Assembly (NCBI GenBank): GCA_964511965.1
Contig: CAZEGF010000006.1
Span: 18,015 to 82,014, forward strand
Origin: an uncultured Gammaproteobacteria bacterium
Lineage (GTDB): Bacteria > Patescibacteriota > Microgenomatia > Levybacterales > GWA1-39-11
Length of the DNA: 64,000 nucleotides
Direction of reading: 5' to 3'
Below are positions 44,750-55,307 of the stretch, piece by piece. The position numbers and the translations under genes are program-made. The number at the start of each line of letters is the position of its first letter. Position 1 is the stretch's first letter. The notes under the pieces are model-generated. The model saw only the letters and a list, made by a program, of their open reading frames with translations, was not told the DNA's origin and did no database searches.

Positions 44750-46112
44750 CAGGATACCATCTTGTTATATTATTGGGTTCCTTTTCTCTGATAATTTTTC
44801 CAGTTTCTATAAGTTTATTTATATACATATTTATTGCCTTGTGGGGTAGACCTGATTCCTTAAGGGTTTTCATGATATCAGTAGTTCTTATTCCTGGATT
44901 TTGTAATATGATTTCATTGATTTTAATTAAGCTTGTGGAGTTGTTTATCGAATTCCCTTTATTCGACGATTCTTTATGAATAGCAAGCGCTTTAGGAGCA
45001 TATTCTTCCCAGGGAATATTTCTCCATTTATCTCTGAGGGCTTTCCCTTCTGGAGTATCAGTAAGAGCGATCCTTAAAGGTTCTAAAACCTCGGTTACTA
45101 ATTTTTCTCCTTCTTGAAGAATAGTCACAACAGATAAATTTCTCCCACCCTTAAATTCACCTCTATTTAAATATCCACCACGTGCTAGGTCTAAAACAAG
45201 ATTGCTAGCAACATTTCTTGTGCTGTTTGGGTTCTTTTTTTGCATCTCTGAATGTACTGCATCGATATTGAATTCACTTACCCCTTTTTGTGTAAGTGAT
45301 GAAATTGCTTCAAGGGCTGGTTTAAGGTTATATTTGTGTGTAGTGTGTGGGATATCGTGAAAATCTGGATTTATACTATAATTGATTTTCATTTTTGAAT
45401 TATCAGGACTTACGGAATCAAATAAAACAAGACCTTCATCCTGAAGTGCTGAGAGGGCATATGGAGCAACATTTGCTGGGCTTTCCAAAAAATCTATTAT
45501 ATCAACGATCCTGATATCCGAATCATTTTTTCTCTTTGCTAAATATTCTAATATTCTTGCTCTGTTGTAGGGTGCACGTGAATCTGTTTTTGAAATCGTA
45601 GATCCTAAAATTTTCTCAAATGCAATATTATTTTCGGCGGCATATTTTAGTAAAAATTTTGATATAGGATCTCCATACTCCCTCCCTGCTTGCGTTTGTG
45701 TAAATCCTACTGATTTTTCTTGAAAACCGGTATGGTATCCGACATCTTCAGCAACCATCCCAATAGGTATTAGAGATCTTTTTGCATGACCTCTTTGTAC
45801 AGCCCTTGCCGTTTTCCACGCTCCGTCAGAATTATGTACAAATGTCCTATGGAGGTCACCGCTTGAAATTATTGTTCCAGGAATGTTTGGAATGGAAAGG
45901 AACGTAATTTGTTTTCCAGCATGATTGGCAATAGACGAAAGAATAGCCGCATACCGTTCTTCCGGATCTGCTGGAAATTCCGATAGTCTGGTGATTTCAT
46001 CTTGTTCTACGTGTGGATCTTTTAACTCTGACACGATTCTTAATGCTTGTCTGGAGTCTGGATCTTGATGGGTTAAAATAAAGCTTCCATAAGAAGTTCC
46101 TTCATTTTCCAT
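44736..46112 (-). CDS. hypothetical protein with C-terminal winged-helix domains
   Basis: 458 aa. The C-terminus (ILQNPGIRTTDIMKTLKESGLPHKAINMYINKLIETGKIIRE) is wHTH-like. No catalytic motif recognised. Confidence 0.35.
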   Translation of the reverse strand: MENEGTSYGSFILTHQDPDSRQALRIVSELKDPHVEQDEITRLSEFPADPEERYAAILSSIANHAGKQITFLSIPNIPGTIISSGDLHRTFVHNSDGAWKTARAVQRGHAKRSLIPIGMVAEDVGYHTGFQEKSVGFTQTQAGREYGDPISKFLLKYAAENNIAFEKILGSTISKTDSRAPYNRARILEYLAKRKNDSDIRIVDIIDFLESPANVAPYALSALQDEGLVLFDSVSPDNSKMKINYSINPDFHDIPHTTHKYNLKPALEAISSLTQKGVSEFNIDAVHSEMQKKNPNSTRNVASNLVLDLARGGYLNRGEFKGGRNLSVVTILQEGEKLVTEVLEPLRIALTDTPEGKALRDKWRNIPWEEYAPKALAIHKESSNKGNSINNSTSLIKINEIILQNPGIRTTDIMKTLKESGLPHKAINMYINKLIETGKIIREKEPNNITRWYPAISS

Positions 46113-46137
46113 ACATAAATCGTATCATAATAGGTTT

Positions 46138-46803
46138 TTAAGTGCTAAATTTATCTGCCCACGCAACCGGATCTTTGTGCCAATCTTTCACAAAGTCAAC
46201 TTGTTCATTTGGCCAGTATCCATGTTGATCAGCAACTTCCAAAACGTCAGGAAGAGTGGTTAGAGTAACCAAATGAATCCCTGCATTTTCTAACCGTTTT
46301 CTAGAATCAAAAAGCTCATAAGAAAAAATCGCATAAGCAGTATCTACAATTGCGCCCTTAGCTCTTATTGCCTCTGCAGATTTAAGTATTCCATCTCCTG
46401 TACTTACAGTGTCTTCCATGATTACGACCGTATCTCCTTCGTTTACAATCCCTTCAACTTGATCACCAGCACCATGATCTTTCGGATTTGGTCGGACGGG
46501 CACTTGAGGGATCCTAAGTCGATCGCCAACTCCTTTTGTCCATGGAGGACCAGCTGAAACAACACCGGCTAGAAGATCGGGACGTTTTGCAAATTGCATT
46601 TTAGAAACAAAATGGTCAACAACTTTTGTACTTCCATCAAGATCTCCGTGTAATATCCTTAGGTTAGAGTAAAAAGGGGTTAAAAGACCACCGCTCCATA
46701 TGTATTTTGGATAGTCAGCAATACTAAACACCTTGTCGCCGAGAAGAATCTGAGCAACTTCTACTTCTGAAGAAAATTCTGGAGGGCTTACTCTTTCTGC
46801 CAT
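46138..46803 (-). CDS. orotate phosphoribosyltransferase-like type I PRTase
   Basis: PRPP-binding motif VVIMEDTVSTGDG and an OPRT-like N-terminal region (LLTPFYSNLRIL). Confidence 0.65.
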   Translation of the reverse strand: MAERVSPPEFSSEVEVAQILLGDKVFSIADYPKYIWSGGLLTPFYSNLRILHGDLDGSTKVVDHFVSKMQFAKRPDLLAGVVSAGPPWTKGVGDRLRIPQVPVRPNPKDHGAGDQVEGIVNEGDTVVIMEDTVSTGDGILKSAEAIRAKGAIVDTAYAIFSYELFDSRKRLENAGIHLVTLTTLPDVLEVADQHGYWPNEQVDFVKDWHKDPVAWADKFST

Positions 46804-46934
46804 GGCTTAATAGTAGCAGTTTGATTTGATATTTCAAGAAGGGTTTGTACATAGTCTTGGTGCAATTTTTGTTTAAAAGATATAAAATTCACTTAGAATT
46901 TGTTATACCCGTAGGGTGCAATTCCTATACTTAT

Positions 46935-47882
46935 ATGAGAAAAAAGGTTGTATTTGTTGGTGGAGGAACCGGTGGATTTACAGTCCTTACAGGACTTCGG
47001 GCGTATGACTATGATCTTTCAGCGATCGTTAATATGGCAGATGATGGTGGATCAACAGGAGTACTTCGGGAAGAATTTGGAACACTACCGGCAGGGGACA
47101 TAAGACGCGCTCTCATTGCTCTTTCTGACAGCAACAAGAAAGTTTTGTCAGAATTGTTTAATTTCCGGTTTGAAGAAAGTTCTTCTCTTCACGGACACAG
47201 CATGGGGAATTTACTTCTAACCGCTCTTGAGAAAATTACCGGTGATTTTGGAAGTGCAGTAAAAGAAGCTGGCGAGGTTCTAAATATTGATGGAAAAGTA
47301 ATCCCGGTAACTTTAACCCCTACAACTCTTCATGCAACACTTACTGACGGGAAAGAAATAATTGGTGAGACAAATATAGATATTCCAAAGCATGATGGAA
47401 CTATAACTATTAAAAATGTATTTTTGGAGCCTGAAGTTAGCGTCAATCCAGAGGCTTTAAAGGCTTTAGGAGAAGCAGATTTTATCATTCTTGGTCCCGG
47501 AGACGTATATACGTCAATTATCCCAAATTTAATAATTCATGGAGTGTCTGATGCAATAAAAAATTCAAAGGCAAAGCTTATATATAACGTAAATATCATG
47601 ACGAAATTTGGAGAGACAAATGGATTTGCAGCATCAAGTTTTGTTTCGAAAATGGAAGAATTTGTCGGACCGGAAAGAATAGATGTTATTACAGTCAACA
47701 CTCAAAAACCAACAGGTGAAATTGTTGAAAGATATAAAGATGAGAAAGTAGAATTTGTTGAAAATGATTTGGGTGATGACCCAAGAGTAGTAACCGGGGA
47801 TTTTTTGAGAGATGGAAAGTTCCTACGTCACGATAGCGAGAAGTTAGCAAATGCACTGAGTGAGATAATAAGAAGCGTTTAG
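46935..47882 (+). CDS. YvcK/CofD-family gluconeogenesis factor (UPF0052)
   Basis: KVVFVGGGTGGFTVLTGL...NMADDGGSTG signature. Start placed at MRKKVV. Confidence 0.8.
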   Translation: MRKKVVFVGGGTGGFTVLTGLRAYDYDLSAIVNMADDGGSTGVLREEFGTLPAGDIRRALIALSDSNKKVLSELFNFRFEESSSLHGHSMGNLLLTALEKITGDFGSAVKEAGEVLNIDGKVIPVTLTPTTLHATLTDGKEIIGETNIDIPKHDGTITIKNVFLEPEVSVNPEALKALGEADFIILGPGDVYTSIIPNLIIHGVSDAIKNSKAKLIYNVNIMTKFGETNGFAASSFVSKMEEFVGPERIDVITVNTQKPTGEIVERYKDEKVEFVENDLGDDPRVVTGDFLRDGKFLRHDSEKLANALSEIIRSV

Positions 47883-47899
47883 GGTTTAGTTAAATCAAT

Positions 47900-48520
47900 A
47901 TGGACAAAAAGGAGAAAGCGGAAAAAATTGTTAAAAAATTGAAGGAGTTGTTTCCTGATCCGAAAACTCCTTTAAAGCATAGCAACCCTTGGGAGTTGTA
48001 TGTTGCAGTTGCTCTTTCAGCACAACAAACAGATGTTGGAGTAAACAAAGTAACAGAATCGTTATTTAAAAAATATAAAAAATTAGATGATTATAGGAAG
48101 GCAACTTTAGAAGAATTCGAACAAGACATACGGTCCATTAACTTTTACAAAGGAAAAGCAAAGGCAATAAAAAAGGCCGCCGATATTGTTTCAGAACAAT
48201 ATAAAGGACAGATGCCTCAAAAAATGGAAGAATTGATTGCGCTTCCATTTATTGGAAGAAAAACCGCAAATGTAATTTTACAAGAAGCTTTTGGAATATC
48301 AGATGGTGTAGTTGTTGATACTCATGTTAAAAGATTGTCAAACTTGTTTGGTTTGTCTACTCAAAAAGACCCGGTAAAAATTGAGAAGGATCTGATGGAG
48401 TTATTGCCACAAAAAGATTGGCGCGGATTTGGTCTGGGTATGATTTATTATGGCCGGACTTATTGTAAGGCCAGTTGCAAACACACCGATTGCCCACTAA
48501 GAGAGTATATTAATATATGA
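47900..48520 (+). CDS. nth: endonuclease III
   Basis: HhH-GPD motif plus a C-terminal 4Cys cluster, CKASCKHTDCPL. Confidence 0.9.
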   Translation: MDKKEKAEKIVKKLKELFPDPKTPLKHSNPWELYVAVALSAQQTDVGVNKVTESLFKKYKKLDDYRKATLEEFEQDIRSINFYKGKAKAIKKAADIVSEQYKGQMPQKMEELIALPFIGRKTANVILQEAFGISDGVVVDTHVKRLSNLFGLSTQKDPVKIEKDLMELLPQKDWRGFGLGMIYYGRTYCKASCKHTDCPLREYINI

Positions 48521-49176
48521 CTGATCAAATAAATGAGCAAGACCAAAACCTCAAAGATTTACTAGGATTTGATCCAAAAGATAATGGAGAAGGAGCTGTT
48601 TTGCCAGGTAAAACTTCAATTCCAAAGGATGTTCAGATTAAATTTTCAGAGACGGTACATTATAGTTTTAATGACGAGCGAATAGACCCTTCAAGACTTT
48701 TATTTGTAGCAAAAGATGGAGATATGGTAATAAGAGAATACTGGGCTTGGTCAAGAAATTCAGAAACAAGAGAGGTTGATTTAGTCCCAAACATTGCCCT
48801 TAGAATTACGGATGATGGAATAGCAATTGATTGGCCTACGGATGACTCTCATGGTTATACAATGCATAGAAATAATACGATGGTATTCTTTGGAGCCAAT
48901 GGGGTTGAAATTAATCTTCGTAATGAAGAGGGTGCTGACCCAATAAATATTGAATGGGATAGTGAAGGTAAATTAAAAAATGCGGGTAAATGGGATTATG
49001 GTCTTAAATTTGGTGATAGACAATATGATATTCCTAAACATTTAGATATCCAGGCAGTGAAAGATTTGAGGTTACCTGGGCCATTAGTAAAAGATCCTTT
49101 TAATGCACCGAGTGAATTTGATATTGCTTGGAAAACATCAAGCCCTTTGGAATTTATGGGTATTAAACCGGCTTAG
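48517..49176 (+). CDS. hypothetical protein
   Basis: 219 aa with no recognised motif. Start codon overlaps the nth stop, suggesting translational coupling. Confidence 0.4.
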   Translation: MTDQINEQDQNLKDLLGFDPKDNGEGAVLPGKTSIPKDVQIKFSETVHYSFNDERIDPSRLLFVAKDGDMVIREYWAWSRNSETREVDLVPNIALRITDDGIAIDWPTDDSHGYTMHRNNTMVFFGANGVEINLRNEEGADPINIEWDSEGKLKNAGKWDYGLKFGDRQYDIPKHLDIQAVKDLRLPGPLVKDPFNAPSEFDIAWKTSSPLEFMGIKPA

Positions 49177-49180
49177 TAAA

Positions 49181-49525
49181 TTATTCTCTCCCTCGGTCTA
49201 AAGCATGAAGACCAATTAAAAATGCACCTGCACCTACAGAAATAAGAAGACCAATATCCTGCGGATTAAGATCTAATTCATTTTTTGGACCCATATCAGA
49301 ATCTATACCTGAATGTAGTACTTCAGCATTCTCAGTTTGTAATCGTGTATGGTGATCCGGAATTGAGTTTATTTCATCAATTGTGTAACAAACACTACTC
49401 GTAAGTACCGCAAATCCAGCAACGTACCCAGCGGCAGTAAGAACATCTCTTTTTGAACTTTTAAATCTTTCAAGCATAGGCGAATTGTACCAAAAATTGT
49501 TAAGTTCTTGTGAGGTTATTATCAA
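49181..49525 (-). CDS. hypothetical small membrane protein
   Basis: Two predicted TM helices. Sits in a convergent arrangement. Confidence 0.3.
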   Translation of the reverse strand: MIITSQELNNFWYNSPMLERFKSSKRDVLTAAGYVAGFAVLTSSVCYTIDEINSIPDHHTRLQTENAEVLHSGIDSDMGPKNELDLNPQDIGLLISVGAGAFLIGLHALDRGRE

Positions 49526-49558
49526 GCCTCAAATGAAGCTTAGCCCTATACTGCAACT

Positions 49559-51067
49559 ATGGAAAACATGAATGGGGGATCAGCTCCAACAATGAGTTCG
49601 GGACCAGCGCCTAGCCAAGGGTCAAGTCCTACAACAGGAATTGAAATAAATTCAAATTTCAAAGGCGACGGATTTTCTTCTAAAGGACTTTCAATGTTCA
49701 AAGACATCGGAAAATTTGACGCACCAAAACCCATGATTGATATATCAAATACCTCATTTGAAAGTCACACAAAACCTCATGCTGAAATTCCAAAACAAGA
49801 AACTGCGAAAAAGGATTCAATTATAGACATCAACCATGGAAGAGAAGAGCCAAAATCTATGTTCAAAGATATTGGACATTTCGATACATCAAATCCAATG
49901 ATTGATATCTCAAGACCATACGATCATATGCCGGAAGTATCGCATCAAAATACAACCGAACCAATTCCCCAAAAAGAAGAATTCAAAACACCTATAATGC
50001 ACGAGTTAAAACCTAACAAAGCTGAAGAAGTTCAAAAAGAAACGCGTACTGAATTTGAAACACCCACTCACACAGAGGTTGATTCAAAACCTGAAGTTCA
50101 ACCAGAAGTCAGAACAGAGTTTGACCATGCTACAAAAGAAGAGCCGCAGACTGAGGCATTACCACAAGTAAAAACAGAAACCAAAACCGAGGATCAACCG
50201 GAAGTTCAGTCATATCCAGAACCAGAAGTAAGAATAAGTCCTCAGACCAAAACAGAAGTTTTGCCAAAAACCGAAACCCAGCCAGAGGTTTCGACTAAAA
50301 CAGAGACTAAAACAGAAACTAAAACAGAAACCGCAGCAGAGACTTTGCTGGCTCCAACACTTGCCAAAGAACAAAAAATTTCTTTAAAAAAAGCAAAAGT
50401 TGCTGTCAAAAAAGCAGTAAGAAAAGTACTTAAAAAAGAAGAAAAAACAGAAACAAAAAGTGAAAGTAAAACTGAAAAAAAGAAAAAACAAACTTTGGAA
50501 GAAAAAGCTCAGGAACTTTTTGAAAAAAGAAGACAAGAAGTTGAAGAAAAAGAAAAAGAAGAAAAGGAAAAAGGGCAACAAGATGAAATTCTCTATTTTG
50601 AAAAAGATAAGAAAGTTAATACATACCGCACAATGGTGGCCACGTTAGCGGCTCAAAGAATACATGAAAATGGAGAAGAAATAACCGGTAAAAATTTAGC
50701 CGATGCGATCTCATCAAATATTTTGCAGGGAGACAGTAGTGAAGTTGTGCAAGGAGTACAGGATGATATGTCAGCAGACAAAGTAATAGACGAAATTTCA
50801 AAAATAGGGACAATCAAAGATAACCATACGTTACACCGGGTAATCCGAGAAATTACAGACAGATATACTGCGATCAAACTTTCATTTAAGAAAAATACTG
50901 ATGCAAAAAAAGAAGATGCAGAGCGGGTTTATGGGAAAACTTTAGACCAAGTGGGGGCAAATTTTAGAGAAGACAAATCAAGGGGTGAGATAGTTGAGGA
51001 AAAAAATGGAACTTTAGTTTATTACACAAATAAAGCTTACCAAGAGTACGACGTCCAATCCGCTTAA
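49559..51067 (+). CDS. hypothetical low-complexity Lys/Glu/Thr-rich protein (KTETKTE repeats) with a globular C-terminal ~150 aa
   Basis: Long KTE/PEV repeats encoded by short DNA tandem repeats near 50290-50330. A poly-K/E charged stretch follows. Confidence 0.5.
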   Translation: MENMNGGSAPTMSSGPAPSQGSSPTTGIEINSNFKGDGFSSKGLSMFKDIGKFDAPKPMIDISNTSFESHTKPHAEIPKQETAKKDSIIDINHGREEPKSMFKDIGHFDTSNPMIDISRPYDHMPEVSHQNTTEPIPQKEEFKTPIMHELKPNKAEEVQKETRTEFETPTHTEVDSKPEVQPEVRTEFDHATKEEPQTEALPQVKTETKTEDQPEVQSYPEPEVRISPQTKTEVLPKTETQPEVSTKTETKTETKTETAAETLLAPTLAKEQKISLKKAKVAVKKAVRKVLKKEEKTETKSESKTEKKKKQTLEEKAQELFEKRRQEVEEKEKEEKEKGQQDEILYFEKDKKVNTYRTMVATLAAQRIHENGEEITGKNLADAISSNILQGDSSEVVQGVQDDMSADKVIDEISKIGTIKDNHTLHRVIREITDRYTAIKLSFKKNTDAKKEDAERVYGKTLDQVGANFREDKSRGEIVEEKNGTLVYYTNKAYQEYDVQSA

Positions 51068-51122
51068 GATTTTTTACCCAACCTCGAGTTTTTTACCTCA
51101 ATCTGATACAATACTTTCTACT

Positions 51123-52955
51123 ATGACAGCTTCTGATATTTTAAATAAGTATATTTCATTTTTTGAAAAAAGAGGGCATACTCGGATTGAAAATAGTTCT
51201 CTTGTTCCGCTCAATGATCCTTCCACTTTGTTCACCTCTTCTGGCATGCAACCACTAGTTCCGTTTCTTTTGGGTGAAACACACCCATCTGGTATAAGAT
51301 TGGTAAACGCACAGAATTGTTTTCGCGCACAAGATATAGATGAAATTGGAGACAACAGACATACCACATTTTTTCGAATGCTTGGTAATTGGTCATTAGG
51401 AGATTATTTTAAAAAAGAACAGATTCCATTCTTTTTCGAATTCTTAACATCAGAACTAGGACTTGATCCACAAAAATTATTCGTTACGGTTTTTGAGGGA
51501 AACAGTATTATTCCAAAAGACTCAGAGAGCATTGAGATTTGGCAAAGTTTATTTAAGGAAAAAGGTATAGACGCAAAAGTTGGTGAAAGGATTTTTGAAT
51601 ATGGGGACACAAAAAACTGGTGGTCAAGATCTGGCACTCCGGACAAGATGCCTATTGGTGAGCCGGGAGGTCCTGATAGTGAAGTGTTTTACGACTTTGG
51701 TGAAGAGTTAAAAATTCACGAGAACAGTGAATTTAAAACAGAAAAATGTCACGTCAATTGTGATTGTGGAAGATATATGGAAATTGGAAATTCTGTTTTT
51801 ATGCAATACATAAAGACAGAGAACGGATTTGAAAAATTACCAAAACAAAATGTAGATTTTGGTGGAGGGCTTGAACGCCTTGTTGCTGCAACTGAAAACA
51901 AGAATGATGTTTTTGAGACCAGTCTGTTCTTCCCGATTATTTCAACAATTAGTTCGGAAACGAATAAAAAATACGAAGATCACGCAAAGGAGATGAGAAT
52001 AGTTCTAGACCACTTTTTAGCCGCTACTTTTATATCATCAAACGGGGTCACGCCATCCAATAAAGAACAGGGGTACATTCTCCGCCGTTTGATAAGACGC
52101 GGACTTGATAATTTTTATCTTTTAGATGGTAAAGATGTCTCAAAAGTTTTAGAAAAGATAGTTGATCAATACAAAGAAACTGACCAATATTTAGTTGAAA
52201 AGTTCCAACATATCAAAAACACAATACTGGAAGAAGAGGAGTCGTATCAAAGAGCACTTGCCGGGGGAAAGAAGTTGATCGAAAAAGAAATCGCAAAAAT
52301 TAATGAAGAAGTTACAGTTGGAGATGAATTAATGGGTGTGACATTAATTTCTGCAGATGTAGCATTTAAAGCTATTACATCATTTGGATTAGGTCCTACT
52401 CAGCTTGAAAGTCTTGGTTACTCTTTCGACAAGCAAGCTTTAGCGGAACTTATAAAACAACATCAAGATTTATCCCGTGCCGGAGCACAGCAAAAATTTG
52501 CAGGAGGACTGGCAGATCACGAAGAATTAACTGTTAAAGGGCATACGGCAACACATTTATTACATCAAGCATTACGGGATGTATTGGGTGAAAGTGCCTA
52601 TCAGACAGGTAGCAATATAACGACAGAACGCGTACGCTTCGACTTTACTTTCGACCGGAAGTTAACTGAAAAAGAAATCGCAAGAGTTACTGAAATTGTA
52701 AGAAAAAAAATAAAAGAAGATCTTCCAGTGCATTTTGAAATCATGCCTCTTAAGAAAGCAAAAGATTTAGGGGCAATTGGGCTTTTTGATGAAAAATACG
52801 GAAATGACGTAAAAATATATTTTATTGGGGACTACTCTATCGAGTTTTGTGGGGGACCACACGTAGAACACACTGCACAGATAGCGAGTTTTGATATACT
52901 AAAAGAAGAAGGCGTTGCGCGCGGTGTCCGTCGTATCTACGCCAAAGTAAGTTGA
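51123..52955 (+). CDS. alaS: alanine--tRNA ligase, short form (catalytic and editing domains, no C-Ala domain)
   Basis: N-terminal class II core (FTSSGMQ, FRMLGNWSLGDYFK). Editing-domain HTATHLLH...C motif near the C-terminus. 610 aa. Confidence 0.85.
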   Translation: MTASDILNKYISFFEKRGHTRIENSSLVPLNDPSTLFTSSGMQPLVPFLLGETHPSGIRLVNAQNCFRAQDIDEIGDNRHTTFFRMLGNWSLGDYFKKEQIPFFFEFLTSELGLDPQKLFVTVFEGNSIIPKDSESIEIWQSLFKEKGIDAKVGERIFEYGDTKNWWSRSGTPDKMPIGEPGGPDSEVFYDFGEELKIHENSEFKTEKCHVNCDCGRYMEIGNSVFMQYIKTENGFEKLPKQNVDFGGGLERLVAATENKNDVFETSLFFPIISTISSETNKKYEDHAKEMRIVLDHFLAATFISSNGVTPSNKEQGYILRRLIRRGLDNFYLLDGKDVSKVLEKIVDQYKETDQYLVEKFQHIKNTILEEEESYQRALAGGKKLIEKEIAKINEEVTVGDELMGVTLISADVAFKAITSFGLGPTQLESLGYSFDKQALAELIKQHQDLSRAGAQQKFAGGLADHEELTVKGHTATHLLHQALRDVLGESAYQTGSNITTERVRFDFTFDRKLTEKEIARVTEIVRKKIKEDLPVHFEIMPLKKAKDLGAIGLFDEKYGNDVKIYFIGDYSIEFCGGPHVEHTAQIASFDILKEEGVARGVRRIYAKVS

Positions 52956-53035
52956 TGGCTGATGTCTAATGTCTGATGGTTAATAAAAATAATCTGATTC
53001 ATTAATCATTGACCATAAATCATTAATCATTTACT
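52951..53035. repeat. AT-rich imperfect palindromic TGATG-rich element (family member 3) between the alaS stop and the next ATG
   Basis: TTGATGGCTGATGTCTAATGTCTGATGGTTAAT ... ATTAATCATTGACCATAAATCATTAATCAT. Confidence 0.5.
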
Positions 53036-53036
53036 C

Positions 53037-55298
53037 ATGAAGCTGCCTGCTATACCATTTTTAACAAAGAGTGTAAATACCGAGTTTTTTCTTGCGTTAA
53101 TTTTTGAAACAGACAAGGTAAGCTCTATACTTTTTAAAGAACAAGAAAAAACCCTTGTTATTTTAGGGTCTTCAGAAGCCCCCCTTGATCTTGAAGCATC
53201 TTCAACTGAAGATCTTGTAGTTTCTTGTGACAATGTAATCTCACGAATTGAAATGAGTCTTCCTGATGGTGCAAATCTTGAAAAAACGATATTTGCAGTA
53301 CCACATTCTTGGGTAGAGGATGGAAAAATAAAAGCAGAACGTCTAGCCCAACTTAAAAAAATCAGTACTGAGCTGGCTCTAACTCCAATGGGTTTTATTA
53401 TTTCAATCGAAGCAATTGTTGCCTTTTTGCAGAAAAAGGAAGGCGCACCGGTAAGCGGAATTTTTGTTGAAATATCTGAAAAATATTTAACAGCATTTAT
53501 TGTCAGAAGTGGAAACATAATTGATATTAAGAATGGAATGATTGACGGTACTGTAGAGGAAACGGTTGAGAAACTTTTGGGACAAGTGACAAAGTTAGAT
53601 GTTCTGCCTTCAAAAATAGTTCTTCTTCACAATAAAGAAGCAGAAGCAGTATCTCAAAAATTCCTCTCACATCATTGGACAAAAGAACTTCCTTTTATGC
53701 ACTTGCCGCAGGTTGCAATATTGGAGAAAGGCTTTGAGAACGAAGCAATCATTAATGGTGTAGCGACACAGTTAAATGTCACTATAAAGGGGGACATTGA
53801 TATTAGGACTTCCGAAGTTGTTGATGACAATAACCCATCAATAGAAATCACTTCAGATGACACATTTGGGTTTATTCAAGATGAGGACGTTGCTAAAAAA
53901 CCTCAAAAAGAAGAGAAAGAGATAAGTCCAAGAAAAGATATTCCGGTTTTTGCAGAAGACACAGATGGAAAAATTGAACCGATAATTAAACATCATGATG
54001 TAGAGCGCGTTGAACGAAGTGGCGAGGAAGTTTTTGAAGAAGATATGCCCGTTGAAGAAGACACAATGGAGCAGAAAAAAGGATTACCGCGTTTTGGAAT
54101 TATAAGTTCAGTTTCAGCTCTATTTACGCCAGAAGCATTTGCAAAAGTTCCAAAAATAATTGGTGGCGGCCGTAAATTAATTATCCCTCTTATTGCTCTT
54201 ATTGCTGTAATTTTAATTCTTATTGCCTATTATTCATTTATTTTGAAGGCTAGTGTTATCGTTTTTACCGATAAGAAAGCATTTGCACAAGATTCAATGG
54301 ATATATCGTTAACATCAAAAGGAGAGTCATCTTTTTCTGACAAAACATTGAAAATCTCAACGCTAGATGAAGAAGTGAGTGGGGAGGAAACTCAGGAAAC
54401 AACCGGCCAGAAAGATACGGGACAAAAAGCAACAGGAACAATAACGATTTTTAATAAAACTGAAGGGCCAAAACAATTGGATAAAGGTACAACTGTTATT
54501 TCTTCAAATAATTTGGAATTTACTCTCAACGATAATGTAAATATCGCCTCAACGAGCTCTTTTGCAACATCATTTTCAAATGCGAGTGCAAAAGTTACTG
54601 CTTCAAGTTTTGGAAAAGAATACAATATTCCTTCTCAGACAAATTTCACAATTAAGGGAATATCCACCTCTGATGTTTTTGGGAGGAATGAAGCTGCATT
54701 TTCGGGTGGTACAAAAGAAGAGATCCAGGTAGTTTCTGCTAAGGACTTAAAGGGGTTGCAGGATACCGTTACAAAAAGACTTTTTGAAAAAGCAAAAAGT
54801 GAGGCTGCTTCAAAGCTTTCAGCTGATGAAGCATTAGTACCAGTCTATTTATCAGCAGATTTCAAGGATAAAACATTTGATAAAAAGGAAAATGATCAAG
54901 CTAAAAATGTGAAACTAACTGCTACTGTCGATTACACATTAGGAATTTACAAAAAAGAAGAGCTTACTAAATTTATTTCATCATCAAAAGACTTTAATGT
55001 TCCAAAAGATTTCAAACTTTCGGTTGATGAAAGTACAATAAATATTTCAGATATTAAACAAAACAAAGATGATATAAGTGCAAAACTATCATATAACGCT
55101 GTGTTTAAACCAGAATTTGATGAAAAAACTATTCCATCTGAAATTTCCGGGAAAAGTGAGAGTAGTGCTATTAATAAATTAAAGACAACTCCGGGAGTAT
55201 CTGATGCGACAATTGTATTTAGTAATAAAATTCCCTTCTTGCCAGTATTTGTTCCGTTTAACAAGGGAAATATTACTGTTAGTATCAAGTCACAATAA
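53037..55298 (+). CDS. large bitopic membrane protein: degenerate FtsA/PilM-like actin-fold N-domain, TM, and an extracytoplasmic domain
   Basis: N-terminal FLALIFETDKV and VEISEKYLTAFIVRSG resemble the actin-fold phosphate-1 and phosphate-2 motifs, but key Asp/Gly residues are substituted. TM LIIPLIALIAVILILIAYY is followed by about 350 aa outside the cell. Confidence 0.45.
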   Translation: MKLPAIPFLTKSVNTEFFLALIFETDKVSSILFKEQEKTLVILGSSEAPLDLEASSTEDLVVSCDNVISRIEMSLPDGANLEKTIFAVPHSWVEDGKIKAERLAQLKKISTELALTPMGFIISIEAIVAFLQKKEGAPVSGIFVEISEKYLTAFIVRSGNIIDIKNGMIDGTVEETVEKLLGQVTKLDVLPSKIVLLHNKEAEAVSQKFLSHHWTKELPFMHLPQVAILEKGFENEAIINGVATQLNVTIKGDIDIRTSEVVDDNNPSIEITSDDTFGFIQDEDVAKKPQKEEKEISPRKDIPVFAEDTDGKIEPIIKHHDVERVERSGEEVFEEDMPVEEDTMEQKKGLPRFGIISSVSALFTPEAFAKVPKIIGGGRKLIIPLIALIAVILILIAYYSFILKASVIVFTDKKAFAQDSMDISLTSKGESSFSDKTLKISTLDEEVSGEETQETTGQKDTGQKATGTITIFNKTEGPKQLDKGTTVISSNNLEFTLNDNVNIASTSSFATSFSNASAKVTASSFGKEYNIPSQTNFTIKGISTSDVFGRNEAAFSGGTKEEIQVVSAKDLKGLQDTVTKRLFEKAKSEAASKLSADEALVPVYLSADFKDKTFDKKENDQAKNVKLTATVDYTLGIYKKEELTKFISSSKDFNVPKDFKLSVDESTINISDIKQNKDDISAKLSYNAVFKPEFDEKTIPSEISGKSESSAINKLKTTPGVSDATIVFSNKIPFLPVFVPFNKGNITVSIKSQ

Positions 55299-55307
55299 AA
55301 ATAGATA

